Shown one piece after another: positions 1 through 13,129 of a DNA stretch of 64,000 nt. Every line of letters starts with the position of its first letter. The stretch's first letter is position 1. The DNA comes from Blepharisma stoltei ATCC 30299. Its lineage: Eukaryota > Protista > Ciliophora. The notes under the pieces are model-generated. The model saw only the letters and a program-made list of their open reading frames with translations. It was not told the DNA's origin and did not search any database. Position numbers and translations under genes: made by a program. The stretch is taken from contig CBFDEM010000035.1 in assembly GCA_965603825.1 (NCBI GenBank), forward strand, positions 434,001-498,000, read 5' to 3'.

Positions 1-2
1 AT

Positions 3-686
3 GCTACTTATGATGCTACAACTTCGACTTGTCTAGCTTCTTGCACAAATTATTGCCACCCCGATGTGGGATGTTTAAACTCAAATCCTTGCTCATGCCC
101 GGCACTTTGTATATGCTCTGCAAATGATTCAGTGTGCACATCTTGCAAAGATCCAAATGGTGTTTTTGAAAATAAATGCCAATGTAAAACTAATTATGTT
201 CTTCAAGGACTTACTTGTGTCTTAGGTAATTTTTATGCAGATTCTCCTCCCGATTGTGCATTATGGACACCAGAGAAGGTATGCACTCAATGCAATCCAA
301 ACTTTTTCCTCTATAATAGTGGCTCTTCTACAAGCTGCTTAGGTAACTTTTATTTAGCTTGTGGCTCATGCACTTCTTGCAATGCTATTCCTACTTGCTT
401 TAAATGTACTGATTTAATTTCTGAAGCTGAAAACTCCTGCAGAGTTGACTCAATTGGGTACAAATTTAGCTTTGCCTCTCCAAACATTATTGTTGATTTC
501 GCCTATCCGTTGGCGAAGACTCTAAAAATCAGCAACTTAAAAGCAACAACTACGGATAGCCAGGCTATCGCGACCACTACTTGGCAAATCCACTCGCAAA
601 CAGCAAGCCAGCTACAGATTAGAACTGATCTAACTCTAAGCCAGTTCCCAATCAAGCTTAGCTTCAGCTTTGAGCAAGACCCTTAG
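3..686 (+). CDS. 3' part of a cysteine-rich (CxxC, furin/EGF-like repeat) protein with a beta-rich C-terminal domain; probable surface or secreted protein, 5'-truncated by the window
   Basis: Frame is open from nt 3 (ATYDATTSTCLASCTNYCHPDVGC...) to TAG at 684-686, with many CxxC motifs. Two stop-free 15-nt introns: 226-240 GTAATTTTTATGCAG and 343-357 GTAACTTTTATTTAG. Confidence 0.75.
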   Translation, partial: ATYDATTSTCLASCTNYCHPDVGCLNSNPCSCPALCICSANDSVCTSCKDPNGVFENKCQCKTNYVLQGLTCVLGNFYADSPPDCALWTPEKVCTQCNPNFFLYNSGSSTSCLGNFYLACGSCTSCNAIPTCFKCTDLISEAENSCRVDSIGYKFSFASPNIIVDFAYPLAKTLKISNLKATTTDSQAIATTTWQIHSQTASQLQIRTDLTLSQFPIKLSFSFEQDP

Positions 687-1689
687 AAGGATAATTAATT
701 CTTCTTTCTTAGCTAGTAATAAATTAATTATAATAATTATGCATATAGATTTAAAAAATTATCGGACTGATGACATATTATTTATCAATCCTTTTATATT
801 TGTATGCTTGTACTTACCCTTTGCACAAGTTGTTAAAATCAAAAAATATTATAAGATCAATATTAGACTGCAATGATTGCTCACTAATTTTGTATAGTCA
901 ACAATGTAAACATAGAATTTTTAAAACAACCAAAAAAAAATGAGTTTATTTACAATTTTCAAAATTAATGATGGAATTGTTTTTTAGTATAATACCATAA
1001 TCGCCATAAGAAAAATCACTATAGTGCTCATTGGAGTAATTAAAAAGTGAAAAATAAATACAATGATTTATAATTCCATATGCGGAGCATGCACTGCCTA
1101 GTCTCATATACCAATAATTCTTCAAAAATCACTGTTTTCTTTTCAATTTCTTATTGTTAATGATTTTGGATTTGGCTTATACTTATAATGTAAATTTCGA
1201 GATAATTCAAAAATTGGCTAAGTCAAAATTTTTCTCTAGGAGATTCTATACAGTTTTAATAGACGGTAAAGACCAGTTTTTTAAGAGACCTTGGTGTGTC
1301 AATAGAAAAAGCACATGCTTAACCTTAAAAACTTAACTAATACTTCTGTATAAAATGACCGCATTGAGTAGGCACTAAATAAGAAATGATCAATAGATAA
1401 GACAAATTTCCACAAAATTGAATTTCGGTTCTTACTAATAATAAGAGTTACTTATTTTTATCTTCATAGCCATTGTGCTATAGCTTGAAGTTTGATTTCA
1501 TAAAGTACCATTTTATTAAAGCATGAATTAAACTAAAGTTATGCATGCTAATTCTGACCAAAGCATGAAATTTTCATGTGAAAAAACTGAACAGATTCTG
1601 ATAAAATATTTATTAAAATTTTAACAGCCTAACACCCTGAAGAAATAAGTTTAAAATATTATTCATCCCGAAATACTAAAATAGATTTA

Positions 1690-2110
1690 TTCACATTAGA
1701 TGCTGTTAGACTATAATGGCTTATAATGACTGAAGTGAGGTATCGAAATGCGAGTCATGATAAACTTATTCAGGCTATTTCTTAATAAAACTAAAACCAA
1801 ATGAAATACTTATTATAGAATTTGGACGCCTTATTGATTGAGAGTAAGCTTCAGTAGATGGTTAGATGATAATGGCTTACACATTACTGAAGTGTGTTAA
1901 ATGAAATAATTATCATGATAAGCTGCAATTAGGGCTGCTTCTTAGTTACACTCAAGCTAAATGAAATGTTTACTGTTTAAGTAGGACATTCTAGAATGAG
2001 AATAGCTTCAGTAGATGGTTTTAGATGATAATAGCTTATATATGACTGGATTATGGGCATTGAAAAATGTATGATTATAAGTGCAGTAAGGTAATTTCAT
2101 TGACTGTTTT
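1690..2110 (+). repeat. Left arm tandem array, about 3 diverged ~155-bp units
   Basis: Anchor CAGTAGATGGTT(TT)AGATGATAATGGCTTA recurs near 1695 (degenerate), 1852 and 2009. Other shared blocks include ATCATGATAA, GGCT(A/G)(T/C)TTCTTA and AAATGAAAT. Confidence 0.85.
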
Positions 2111-2219
2111 CATTTAAGCATATGAATATAACAAACTTTAACTAAAATCAATCACCCAATATAATCAAATACTATTTAATGCAGCCTTATAATTATCATT
2201 ATTTGTTTGAACAAATAAA

Positions 2220-2790
2220 AAACTAAGAAATGACCTAATTATTGCTTATCATGATAATATTTTCGATGTTGATTCTAGAGTGGTTGCATTAGCCATTGTC
2301 GACTAAAGCCTTCTATTGAAACCTGCCCACAGTCTGTAGTGTGTCTAGCTTCAATATTAAGTCTTTCATTTAGTTATAACGCAATAGCCTTAATTGTTGT
2401 TTATCATGATTCGTATTTCATTACCAATCTACAGTGTTTGAATAATTCATTGTCATCTCGAACCATCTATTGAAGCTACTCTCAGTCTAGGATGTGTCCT
2501 ACTTAAATAATAAGCATTTCATTTAGCTTGAGTATAACTAAGAAACAGCCCTAACAGCAGCTTATCTATAAATATTTCGATATCATTCAGTTATATATAA
2601 GCCATTATCATCTAAAACCATCTACTGACGCCTGCTCTCAATCCATAAAGCATTTCATTTAGTTTTAGTGTTACTAAGAAATAGCCTGAATAAGTTTATA
2701 ATCACATGCTTTTTGATACTCTCTCTTCAGTCATGTATAAGCCATTATAGTCTAAAGCTAGCTACTGAAATCTGCTCGCAATCTACTAAG
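2220..2790 (-). repeat. Right arm tandem array, about 4 units of the same repeat in inverted orientation
   Basis: Reverse-complement anchors at ~2309 (ccttctattga), 2463 (ccatctattga), 2618 (ccatctactga) and 2757 (gctagctactga), spaced 154, 155 and ~140 nt. Confidence 0.85.
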
Positions 2791-3571
2791 TTTTCAGCTT
2801 TAATAATTTAGTATCTACCGCACATAACTATTTTATTAAGAGCTATTAACTACTAAATTGCACAATGCCTAAACTGAAGAGGCCATATTTTTTAGGCCTA
2901 GTGCAGGTTCAAATTATAGTAATAGGCGTTTAATTAAAAAATAAGAGATCTATAATTAGTTAATAAGTCTTTAAGACTAAGTATAGGTATTTTCTATTGG
3001 TGCACCAAGGTCGTCTAAAAAACTGGTGTTTAACGTCTCAAACCAGATAAATATATTTCCAAATTTCTTCTTCTCTCTATCAAAAAAATGGCAAATAGCA
3101 TAAAAAATATAAAGCTAAGAGCTTACAACGAAGCAAGTTCATGAAATTTTTCCACTCTAATTGAAATTCAATGACTTTTTGTGAATAAGTCTATGCTAAT
3201 TTATCACTACCCTATAGACTTCAAAAATTGAATTTATTAGTGAATTTTTGGTTTTAAGCGTTGGCCACTGGTTGACATCGAACTTTATTTCATTAAGGAA
3301 TCCATCACTAAATATTAATTTATAAATTTATTTTGAGATATGAGGTTGGAAAAACTTTTGCAGTTTTTTACAACAAAAAATGAGGTAAAAAGCAGAAAAT
3401 TACAAATAGATACAAAATAGTATAGCACACATGGCAAAATTGAAGATAGCTAATAAAATGATGACTGGCTAATTAAAAATCAGTTATAACAAGCACATGA
3501 AACATAATCATAAATATCTATTAAGCTAATTAAAATATAAATAATTATTTACAATTTTCTGTTTAAAATTT

Positions 3572-6500
3572 TTATCTAAAAGGCTTATGAGGGATGATCT
3601 GTGTTATTGCTTTCATTTTTTCCAAATTCTTCTTTTCTCTACTAAAAAATGGTAAATAGCATCATAAATATAATGAAAAAGAGCTTAAAACGAAGCATGC
3701 CCATGAAACAATTATAAGCTCTAATTGAAATTTAATAACATTTTGTGAATCCTTATCAGCTAAGTCTATCAATAAATCATACTTATCGTCAAGCTCATTT
3801 AACTGCAGCATAATTTCAAGCCAAACATCAAGAAAATCACTCCTATGTGAGTAAACTAGATAAGAACCTTCAAATATCATTACATTCCCTGCTGATAAAA
3901 GTCCATAATCTAAGAAATTCTTAGAATCTGGTACTTTTTCATAGAATATGGTCATAAAATTGTGAGAAAGCAGAGGAGAGTATTTTTTATCTCTTATTTG
4001 TTTAACTGAATAAGTGGCCGATTGAAATGCTTCATTGAATTTTGCTTCTAAGTTTTTAAACGGATAAGTGTCTGCTAATAAAACGGTTAGAGACTGAGGA
4101 ACATTAACTACTGTCATTTCACTAGACCAAACTATCAAAGCTTTATAAGAGACTTGGGTATTTATAACATCTCTTAATAAGCTTGGCCTTAAATGCAGCA
4201 ATGAGGCACAATTTTTATACAAATACAAACTATTTAAAAAATAAAACAAAAGCGCAATAATCAAATAAACCCCAATTCTCCATATAAATTTTCAATAATT
4301 CTTAAAATTCGATTCCAAACTTCTTTTCCCATCATCAGAAACGCTATACATTTTCCCATGGACTTTTTCAAGCCTTTCTATGCAAGCATCTTTAAGTTCT
4401 GGATAGCTATTATAAGCATTTTTTTTAATTAAATTCCAAAATTTATTTTCCATATTGATAGCTGATATACAAAATGGGATTATTATAATCATACATATAA
4501 GGAGGACACCGAATCCTATACTTAATAAGGCATCCATTTGTAGCTTTAAAGAGTCAATATCTTCCATTTTGCATTCAATAAGGTTATAGAGCGAGCTGTT
4601 ACAGTATCTAAAAGATTCCCAGAAGCCATTTATACTAAAAAACTGCAGCTCTTTGATATTATCTTCATGATTAATTTGTTTTCTAATAAAACTGTTGCCT
4701 ATTTTTATGAACTCTGAAACAGTGTTTATAAGATTTGTATATTCAACATGGATTTCCCCAGTTGTACTTCATATTTTGTCAGCTTCATTTGTAAATATGC
4801 TCATAGAACACGATTTTCATTCTATTAATGTAGATACAATGGTTTCATAAAGGCTCTCTAATAGTTCTGCTTGTATATAATAATTTTCATAAGAAAATTC
4901 AATAATATTGCTTGGCCCATTAAGACTTTCAATTACAGAAATCCCTCTTGCATAATGAGTGACTGCATGGAAGACTTCTTGGAGCTTTCCCAATGTAATA
5001 TATACATCTATATTGCTTTCATGTGTAACTTTTGCTGATATATAAAATACAACAATTAAGTTTGTGATCATTACTGCTAACATCTAAATAAATTTTACTG
5101 ATAAAACTAGAGCTATATGGAAGATTTTTATTGTACGAGATGAGAGTTTTACTATATCATTTAGAATAGGAGACTGTGAAAGAGTGTCAGATTTTACTGA
5201 GCTTTTATCATTTTCGATATCTTTTCCGTTTATGATGTCTTCGTAAGTATTATCAATATGCTGCGTGTCAGTTTTAAAAGCAGTTTCTTTTATAGTTGAA
5301 TTTTGCCTTGAAAAAGGATTATTTTTTAGAGCTTTTTGATCAGAAATAGAGCTTTGGGTTATATGTATAGAATTTTGGCGTTTTTGCAATTTTCCCATAT
5401 TTAAAGGCTGGATTTCGTATGAATTTTTTTCTTTCCATGCTTGAATTTCTGAAGAATCATTTATAAGTAAAATATAGGGAATTTTTATATGATAAAATTG
5501 TAAAATACAATAAGTTAGATATGTATCAGATTTAAATGATGGAATTTGGTAAAGCTTTGAAGGCTGCATAGCCGTATAAAGCAAATTAGGAAATAATTGT
5601 GCAAAATAAAAATCTCTTAAATCTATTCGATTTTGGGCTGCAAGTTTTGAGAACTTTGAGAACTTTGCAGAATGTGCAGAAATTTGCCAGCTTTGTGATA
5701 GCAAAGCGTATTGTCTCTTGGCTGGCTTCGATCTGAAAATCAAAATAAATCATAATTTGTCAGAAAAGCAAGCTATTGACAGTTTTCCTGTGCATTCAAT
5801 AATAAAATCATCAGATAATGCTAAGAAAAAGCTTTCAGGTATATTTAAATCAGTATCATCTATAAGCTGCAATGAGGTGCAAATATGCTTATTAAAATAT
5901 TGATTATAAGGCCGCGGGATCAATTCAGAAAAATTCCTTCCTAGAATACTATCTATCGTGTATTTCAAAATTTCCAAAGATTTTGCGTTTGCAAAAATAA
6001 TATTTCCAAAAGTTTCTTTTTCAGCAGAAGCTAAAATCAGTCCATTATTTTCATCAAAATAGCTGAAATCTTTTAAGTCCTTTGTAGAGCTTGTTAAAAT
6101 TTTATCAATTGATCGAATTTTATACTCAAATACTGTTGCCTTATTAAGATCCCATAAAAGATTTCTTGCGAATGATGAATATAAAATTAATGGCTCTTTA
6201 CCTTTAGGATATGATAATGACAATTGTGAATACTCCCTTTCTAAATATATTAAAGATTCTGAGATATAAGTTATAAGCTTGCTAAGGCTACTTATATTTG
6301 GCTTTTCAGAAACGATTTCCTTCCAAAAATCGAGAAGTCTTATACATAAAATTTCGTCTTCTAGCTTAAAGTCATGAAATTTTTGAAAATAATCCAAATA
6401 TTCAGCACTGTCATTGGTATTAAATTCTGAAAGGATTTTCCTGCAAACGTATTCCTGATAGTTCCCTTCTCAGCTGAAATCTGAGTTTCTTATTTTGCTT

Positions 6501-7768
6501 AGCTTAATTTTAGCTAAAGAGTCATTATTTAATGTGAAAATGCAATAATTTGCTTCTCATATAACCAAAAGTTTATTTTTTAATAACTTGGATTCATTAT
6601 AGCATTTTCCCAGGAAATTAATGATTTTTTCTGTAAATTCTGTATTGTGTGAACAAAAATAATGTCTTAAGCAATGTTCTAAATAAAATAAATTGTCGAC
6701 TCTTTTGGGATTTGATGGAATATTTGAGCCAATTTTTTTTATTCGATATGCTAGTATTTTGACTGAAAATAGGCAGAATAGAGGGGTAACTGTAAATGTA
6801 AATAGAATTATTAAAGATGAACTGTCAAGGAGCTTTCCAAATAAAAATTGAGATGCTAGACAAGTAATTGCACACAACTTTATAGCATTCAAGCTGTTTA
6901 TAAAGAAATTAAAATATGGAAAATTCTTTAATGTTTCTATCAACAGCACAGCAGAAGCAATCATAAAGATTAACTGAAAATGCTCAATATAATTATCTGA
7001 AAGAACTGTATATAAAACTGGAAGGCTTAATTTAAATATTGCCTCATGAAACTCATTTTCTGAATGCGCTTTTGATACTAGTATATACTTAGCCATAGAA
7101 TGCCTTATTTCACCTGAAAATAATGCATCCATCAAAATAACCAAAAAACCCAAAAATAAGCTAAAAATTATCAAAATCTGTACCGCAAAATTTACTTTAA
7201 AATCCTCCATATTGCTTCCATCATAAATAGAAATTTTATCTTGACGTGAAAAATTAACTCTCAGACATAAAGCGAGGAGTGTTACTGACGGAATTATAAA
7301 ATAATTTGATAAAAAGTAAAAACTTTTCTTGTAAGTTTTATATAAAAATTCTGGAGTTTTCAATGATTTATAAATCAAGGCGATTGGGATCAGTAATAAA
7401 AGAGCATTTATCATAATGTTAATGAATGATATGTAGATGCAAAAATTAATAACACCTAAAGCATAGCATACGTTATCTAATCTAAAAAAGCCTAAAATGT
7501 GTCAAAATGTTTTGTTTGTGTTTCAGTCTGTTATTGAAAGGCTTGGAATTCATAATAGACTTGCTATTTGAAAGGACCAAATAATAGTTGTCAAAATTGT
7601 ATGGAGTTTTTGCTTGAAAAAAGATTTTTCATCAGGAATTTTCTGATAATATGCAGCTCAATAGAACTCAAAAATTGGCTTGATTAGTGATTTTTTGTTT
7701 TTAAGCTTTCTTGAGGGATTAGAGTCAAAGTGAATTTCTTCTGAATATCCCGAGGTATGATGTGTCAT
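3572..7768 (-). CDS. TmcB/TmcC-like PAS-domain multipass membrane protein, paralog 1 (~1393 aa)
   Basis: ATG at 7768, TAA at 3572-3574. All ORF fragments share one frame and are joined by TGA=Trp. One 15-nt intron, 5084-5098 GTAAAATTTATTTAG. PAS-like segment GNIIFANAKSLEILKYTIDSILGRNFSELIP. Confidence 0.85.
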
Positions 7769-8146
7769 TAATTATTTATTTGGAAAAATTAATTTTGAGA
7801 ATAAAGCTTAAAAAAGAAGTTCTGATTAGCTTGTCAGTATTTTATTATGAAAAATGATATATTAAAAAGAAACTGAAATCATAAATTTTTCTTAACAAAA
7901 TCTAAATAATATTTAAAAAATCTTATATACTTTTATATTTCTAACCATGCTTTATTTAGTGCTAATAGAAAATTAATGTTTAATTTTTAATGCTTAAATA
8001 TTTTCTTGAATTTTTTCTTTGCTTTAAAGAATTTTATAGGCAGTTTTTGAATTTGATTTTATATGCTCTTATAATTCACTAAATAAATAATAAATTAATT
8101 TAAAAATTTTATCTGATATAAACAATTGTTATTAAAATATTTTCGT

Positions 8147-11100
8147 TTAAACCCCTTGCGGTATTATTTTCATCATCGAGTTTATTTTCATCAAATATTT
8201 TTTTTCATTCCTGAAAAATATCAAATATTTTCCGAAATAAATTACTAAAGAAATCATGATAAAAAGTACAAGAATCGTCATTATCAAGTGTATTTGGTCA
8301 TCGATCACACTTTGAGAGTACTTATCGACTTCAACAATTATTTTGCTATAATATTGGTCAAGTTCAAAGATAAAACTCAAAAAACGTAGTCATGAGTAAA
8401 GGTCATAATAAAGATATATAAGAGCTCCAGAATCATATATTGTTATTTGTCCAGCTGAGTGTATTCCCGTTGCAAGCTCATTTCAAGCCGAGTTGACATT
8501 TTCATAATATATTCTATTGAATCCTTTTGATAAAATTTCAGAATACTTAAAATCCCTTAGAATAATTTCTGAATATTTTATTTTCGAAATTGCCTTTTGT
8601 ACAGCAGATTCACTATTTGTAAAAGGATATGCCATGTACAATTGATTTTTTATAGTACTATAGGTATATTCTCCTGAAATCTCAGTCACTCATATTCCTA
8701 GATTTGTGTATGACGTTTGAATAGTTAACAATTCTCTAATCACTTCAGGCCGATAAGACAAATAGTCGGCACATTTTTCATAAAAATACAATATATTGGT
8801 TAAAGAAAATAAAAATACAATTATGCAATAGATAAAAATCCTTCATGTATATTTTCAATAATTTTTGAAATTAAATGACTTTTTTGAGAGTTTTTTGTCG
8901 TTTGTTGCAATTTCAGCTTGATAATGAATATTTGTAAGCCTATCAATGCTTGAATTTGCAAGCTCAAAATAGTTCTTATATGCAGATTTTCTTACGTTGT
9001 TTCAAAGATCGTTTTCAATTTTTAAAGTTGAATAGCAAAATGGAGCCATAATTAGAATGCAAGTTCCCAAGACAGCAATCCCTAGCACTAATAATATAAA
9101 CATTTTGGATTTAAAATTATTGATTCCAGTTTCCTGGCAATCTATAACATCATACATTGAGTGATTGCAATAGTAAAAAGCTTCACCATATCCATTTATT
9201 ATCATAAATGCAGCTTCTTCGGTAAAATCTTCTGAAGTATTATACTTCCTTATAAATTCTTTTCCCTATATAGATTTTACAGTCTGAATAAACAGAGTTA
9301 AAGTATCCAATAAGTTTGTTTTTTCCCGATAAATACCATTATCCAAATACCACATGTCAATATTTTTATCGGTAACTATACTTCTGCCTGAGCATGAGTC
9401 CCAGCTTGTTAAATTATTAGCAATATAAGAATGAATATTTTCCAGTTCACCAATTTTCGTTTCTAATCCTGCAAAAATCGGAGGTAATATTGAGCTGGAA
9501 TAAATTGCATATGGCGACAATATTAAAACTACTTTTGCTATATAAGCAGCTAATTGTAAATTTTTGCCAGCTTCTCCAACAGTTAAAGGAAGGCTCATAT
9601 CGCTGACTAAATCGATGCTGGAAAATGCATAAAATAAAACTGCGATGTTTGTAGCAATTACAATTAAAACCTATATAAAATTTACAGAGAGGACAAAAAC
9701 AAAATGCAAAATATTTATAGACCTTGAAAATATTTTTATAATGCTTAAAAATTGTTTTAAGGAGGTGTGCAAAGAAATTTGGGATTTTTCATCAAGTTTG
9801 TCTGAAGATTTGTCATTAAGAATATCTGAATTTTCATCGGACTTATTTATAATTAGTCTGCACTCAGTATCAAAGTTAAGTTCTCTATTTTCTTGGGATT
9901 TTGGAGTCATTGGCTGGCTCATAGGAATTCCAAGATTTTCTAATAGCCTTGATTTTCTTTTATTATTAATATAAGAAGGGCTGATAGGGCAGGAACATTG
10001 TTCAAGTGCTTTATCTTGCCATTTTTGCATTTCTTCGGGGTCATTTATTAATAAAATATATGATATTTTGACATCGCAGACTTCAAAATACATAAACACC
10101 AAAATTTTATCTGATAAATGATAAGGAATGAATGGTTGAAATTGAAATTTTTCAAAATTAAATATTTTGAATAGATCAAAACCTATCAAATTTCTATCAG
10201 AATATTTAGCATATTTAGAAAAATCTTCAGTATGTCCTAAAATTTCTCCATCATCTGATATTAATGCAACTTGATGACTTGCAGGCTTTAGCTTAAAAAC
10301 AAGTACTGTAATAAGAAAATTATTAATTGCTGTCATTGATGCTTTTCCTGTGCACTCTATTAAAAAATGTGTGGGAAGGTCTATAAAAAATCCCTCCTCT
10401 AAGTCAATTTCTGAGGCAGAGCTAAAATGAGCATACCATTTCATTTTCTCTATGAATATTTTTCTATAATAAGGTATAACAAAATTAGATATGCTGTTAC
10501 CCACAAGTGACGTGAATTTTAAAGTTTCTGAAGCAGCAGAATTAGCAAATAGAATTTCTCCGAAATTTTCTTCTTCATTGGAAAATATCAAAATTCCATT
10601 TCCGTCATCAAAAAAGCTGAAATTTCTTATGTCATTAGTGGAATTTTGAGCAAGCCTATCAAAATATCTTAATTTATTGTCAAGCATAATCCCTTTTTCT
10701 ATATCAAAAAGAATATTTCTTGTATATGAAGCATAGAGGGCTAAAGATTCTCTGGAATTGGAAAATTTTGTAATTATTTGACTATATTCTCTGCTTAGGG
10801 ACAAAATATTTTTATCTATGAAATTCAGTTTTCTTATAAGCCTATTCAAAATTGGCGAATCTGAAGCCACCTCTTTTCAAAATTCTAGTAAGGTTTCGCA
10901 TAATTTTTTATCTTCTTTCTTAATTCAATTTAATTGCTGGAAATAGTTTAAAAATTTTGAACTTTCATTTGTATAGGAATCTTCAATATTTTTCTTACAC
11001 AAATATGCTTGATAATTTGCCAACAAACTCCAATCAGAAATTTTGCTGATTTTGCTTAATTTAGCTCTAGCTAAAGACTCGTCTTTTAGCGTGTGCAAGC

Positions 11101-12316
11101 AGTAATTTATTTCCCATATAACTTGTAATTTGGCTCTATTTGTAGTCTTTTCTATAAAAAATGCTTCAAAAATGTAAATGATTTGATCTTTATTTTCAGC
11201 ATCATTTTCACACAAAGCGTGTCTTAAAGCTTTTTCTAATTGATATTTTGAATTAATTCCTGTTAAATTATTTGGTAAATTGGTTCTTGTTCTTTGCTGA
11301 AGTTTTAAGATAAAATTAATAAAATATAATGATGATAAAGGTATCAGCACAATTGCAAATAAAATAATTGATAATGAATTGTCTACCCAGTATCCTAGCT
11401 GGAAAATAAAGGATATAGCAGCAATAATAAAAAACCTAAGGATCAATAGCGAATTGCAAAAAAAAGAAAAATAGGGAATATAATTTATAGATTCCCACAT
11501 CAAAAATAGTGAAAAAAGCATTATCATAAGTTGATAATAAATAATATGATTTTCTGCAATTATCGTATAAAAAATTGGTAAGAAATATATAAAAATTGCC
11601 ATATGATTATCAACTCTTGAGTGCGCTTTTGCTTTAATTGTTTGCTGAGCTGCAAAATGACGAATTTCACCTGTAAGTTCAGAGTAAAATAATATAAGAA
11701 AAAAAGAAATAGCCATTGCAAAAACGATCAGTATCTGCAAAGCAGTGTTAATTTCAAAGTCCTTGAAATGATTATTTGAGTTATATTCTAATACTTTTTC
11801 CTCAGGAGAAAAATTATATTTGAGGTAAATGGAAAATAAAGTCATCGAAGGAATAAAAAGCATAATAGCCCATAAATAGGAAAATTTTTTAAATAAAACA
11901 AAAATTTGTTGAGGTAAGTCAAATGATTTGTACAAAAAAAAAGCTATAACTAAATGGCCAAAACCTATACAGAAAACTGTCAAAAATGATAAGTATAGGC
12001 ATTCATTAATAATGCCTAGCTTAACACAGGTGGTATCAAATCTTAAATACCCCATGATCTCTCAAATAAAAATATTTCCACTCCAATTTTTAACTGGAAG
12101 GTTTGGAATCCATATTAAAGCTGCAACTTGCAAACACCAAATTGTTGCTTCAAGCACTGCTTTAACCTTTTGTTTCGAAAAAGATTTATTTTCGAGGTTC
12201 TTTTTTGAGTACAATTGTCGATAAGTCTCAAAAATCGCATCTAATCATAAATTTTCGTTTTCAGTTTCCCAAAACTTATTTTTCGTATTGCCAAATTCAA
12301 TTGCTGGCCCTGTCAT
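8147..12316 (-). CDS. TmcB/TmcC-like PAS-domain membrane protein, paralog 2 (~1379 aa)
   Basis: ATG 12316 (MTGPAIEFG), TAA 8147. Introns 9671-9685 and 9266-9280. PAS segment FGEILFANSAASETLKFTSLVGNSISNFVIP. Confidence 0.85.
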
Positions 12317-13129
12317 AATTAATGCTTTTATAAGGAAAAAGGAATGAGATAGAAAATTTCTAATATGAAGGCTTTAAAATTTATTGTGATTTTTATAATT
12401 ATGATAATCATTTTTTATAAATATTTTAAAAATATCTGAGTGTTTTGAGCTATAGTTTTACTAGGAAAAAAATATTTTTAATATACCTTATTTTGCGTGA
12501 ATGGAACAGCCAAGCCTTCTTTGCACAAATTCATATGATATTGATTTTTAAATTTAAAAAAGCAACTAATGCTTTAATATCATATATGCAAAAGACTTCA
12601 GGGATGTTTATTACAATTTATTAAATATGATTAAAAAAACTCAATGTAACTGCTAAAAGACTTCAGCTGATATTGACTGTTATGAGATTCAATCTAAAAA
12701 ATTTTTGCAAACTGAAGTTTTTAAGCCTAATTGCTAAAAAGTCTGCCTAAATTAAGCAATAATCAATTATTTTTGTTTGAGTATAGTTTATATAATTTTC
12801 TCTCATATTGGCTCTATAACTTAAGGCATAAAAGTTTTTATCTGTTTTATTGTTCAAATTATATAAAATTATCATAATTAGCAAAGGAAACGTTAGAAAA
12901 CTTAAATTGTTTCAATTTTTATATTTTTGCTGATAATAAAAATATAAAATGAAATTACTATTAAGTAAAAAAGAAAATGCTAGAAGAAAAAATGGCATGA
13001 TTATTAATATTAATAGTCTTGAATGTTTAATAATTTTATTTAATGCTTTTTGATTAAAAAATTATATAAATAATTTTTATTTGCATTTCTATAAATATAC
13101 GCTATTAAAACCAATAAATTCATAAAAAA

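Larger units (their letters stand above)
1249..3049. mobile_element. Degenerate non-autonomous foldback/MITE-like element with terminal inverted repeats
   Basis: 1261-1335 versus the reverse complement of 2964-3038 gives 59/75 identities ungapped (hand count). The left end reads TA|CAGTTTT (1249-1257); the right end is degenerate with a TA at 3048-3049. The interior holds inverted tandem arrays and no convincing ORF. Confidence 0.6.

Noticed and set aside
670-1336. ORFs 670-876 and 1154-1336
   Set aside because: Short, AT-rich, non-ATG starts and no motifs; the second runs into the TIR and does not resemble a transposase.
1690-2790. CRISPR-like repeat-spacer array
   Set aside because: Whole ~155-bp units are homologous, with no short identical repeats plus unique spacers and no cas genes; the context is eukaryotic.
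5900-6020. PAS domains as LOV photoreceptors
   Set aside because: No GxNCRFLQ motif; the equivalent positions read GRNFSELIP or GNNISNFIP with no photoactive Cys.
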